From: Klebsormidium nitens
Taxonomy: Eukaryota; Plantae; Klebsormidiophyceae
Assembly (NCBI GenBank): GCA_000708835.1
Contig: DF237417.1
Location: 1 to 64,000, forward strand
Reading direction: 5' to 3'
DNA: 64,000 bases
Position 1 is the first letter of the stretch. The number at the start of each line of letters is the position of its first letter. Below the pieces are notes generated by a model, which worked only from the letters and a program-made list of their open reading frames with translations, was not told the origin of the DNA and did not search any database. Positions 62,901-64,000 of this stretch are shown here, piece after piece. A program made the position numbers and the translations under genes.

Positions 62901-64000
62901 GCGGCGCTTTGGCGGGCCGTACTTTCTCGGGAAGGAGGTGAGCTCGACACGGAGAGGTTGTGATATTCGTAGGCGAGCAACGAAGTGGAGCGGCCACATG
63001 ATTGGTTAGCCTTTTCCTGAACACTTAGTCGTGGCGCCGAGGATTAGAACCCTTGATGCTCGATTGGAATTCCGTCAGATTTTGACTTCTTGAGTCAAAT
63101 GAAACAGAAAGATTGATTCTTGGAAGAACGTGACGGCCCGACTGACGTACCAATGACAGTTGCCACTCTTGGCCGTGATGTTTTTGATATTCAGTTGTCC
63201 GGATGGGTTTTGCTGATCTGCGAATCAGTTGTCAAAACGTCGACCCTCCGAACCAAGTTTTCCGGGCACATTGAGAGTTGCACCTTGGGCAGAGAGCAAG
63301 TTTTTCAATTATGGTTCCCGTTCCGTCCCCGCAGTTCTCCATGATCTACGCCGTCTATTCCTCTGATGTGTACAGATCTTGTCGTCAGGCCGTTGACTCC
63401 CCGGATTAAGTTCGTGCACATTTCGACGAATGATCCTCATTGTGACGTTCGTTTTATCTCATCGTAATGGCAAACTTTTCTGATCACGCTCCCGTATCTC
63501 TCCCGCAGTTCTCCATGATCGACGCCGTCTACGCCCCCTTTCTGGAGCGCATCGCCGCGAGCGTGCCCTACTACAAGGGCCTTACCGTGCGCAACAACAA
63601 ATGGTCCGCCGTCAATGGTTGGTACGATGCTATGGATTCCCGGCCCGCGTACCATGCCATGAAGTCGGACGACTTCACGCACGTCCACGATCTACCCCCC
63701 CAAATCGGGGAGTGCTACCACAACGACGCCTCGAAGGATTATTGGGCGCTGGTTGACGGAAAGGCCGGCAGTTGGGACTTGCCGTTGAAACCGGAGACTA
63801 CCGGATGGGGATTTGACGAGGGAACTGCGGGGAAGGGCGAGGCCGCGTATAGTCTGGTTACGAACCACGCTGCCGTGGTTAGGTTCGCGTTGCGGCCGCT
63901 GAGAAACGACGCCGAGGCATACGCCGAGGCGGTAGACGTCGTGTTCAGGTACGTTGCGAAGGCGTTGCTTGAGGGAACGGAAAAGGCGGGGGAGTTGCCG
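59904..64000 (+). CDS. Cysteine-type glutathione S-transferase-like protein (CPYC active site, Iota-class-like), probably plastid-targeted; 3' end outside the window
   Basis: Exons 59904-60388, 61011-61191, 62779-62937, 63509->64000. [102 protein letters not shown]. Confidence 0.92.
61975..62690 (+). repeat. Five degenerate tandem copies of the GST exon-3 acceptor and 5' end
   Basis: YAG|GGC... boundaries at 61981 (weak), 62139, 62298, 62438 and 62612; real boundary 62779 (GGCTTGCTTCGCCTGGAGCGGCAACTCTTCGGCAGCTGG). Confidence 0.88.
63322..63362 (+). repeat. Copy of the GST exon-4 acceptor and 5' end, 174 nt upstream
   Basis: ccccgcag|ttctccatgatctacgccgtcta (63335) vs tcccgcag|ttctccatgatcgacgccgtcta (63509). 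Confidence 0.9.

Noticed and set aside
1-64000. tRNA, rRNA, snoRNA genes or U12-type introns
   Set aside because: No cloverleaf, rRNA-like tract or RTATCCTT donor seen by eye. tRNAscan-SE or Infernal would be needed to exclude small ncRNAs.

Overview
Eukaryotic, intron-rich nuclear DNA: GT-AG introns of about 0.2-1.6 kb, GC3-rich exons and plant/algal-type proteins. By inference it is a streptophyte green alga, possibly Klebsormidium-like. I spliced 11 protein-coding genes by hand and checked phase across every junction: an uncharacterised 319-aa helical protein with a central hydrophobic hairpin (minus, 1514-8546), plastid fibrillin, UFD1, SmB, a small F-box protein, TM9SF3/TMN1, HVA22-like, EMC1, an orphan disordered protein, methylmalonyl-CoA epimerase, and a CPYC-type (Iota-like) GST that runs off the window end. 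Eight genes form four head-to-head pairs. There is a 548-nt N gap at 8809-9356. I recognised no rRNA, tRNA, CRISPR array or intact transposon. The main unexplained signal is a recurring intron architecture in six genes: tandem, degenerate copies of the neighbouring exon edge together with its splice site ('exon-edge echoes'), mostly 128-176 nt apart. Some copies have lost the GT/AG; others keep it, and a few keep the reading frame and could give alternative isoforms. All similarities were judged by eye; no searches were run.
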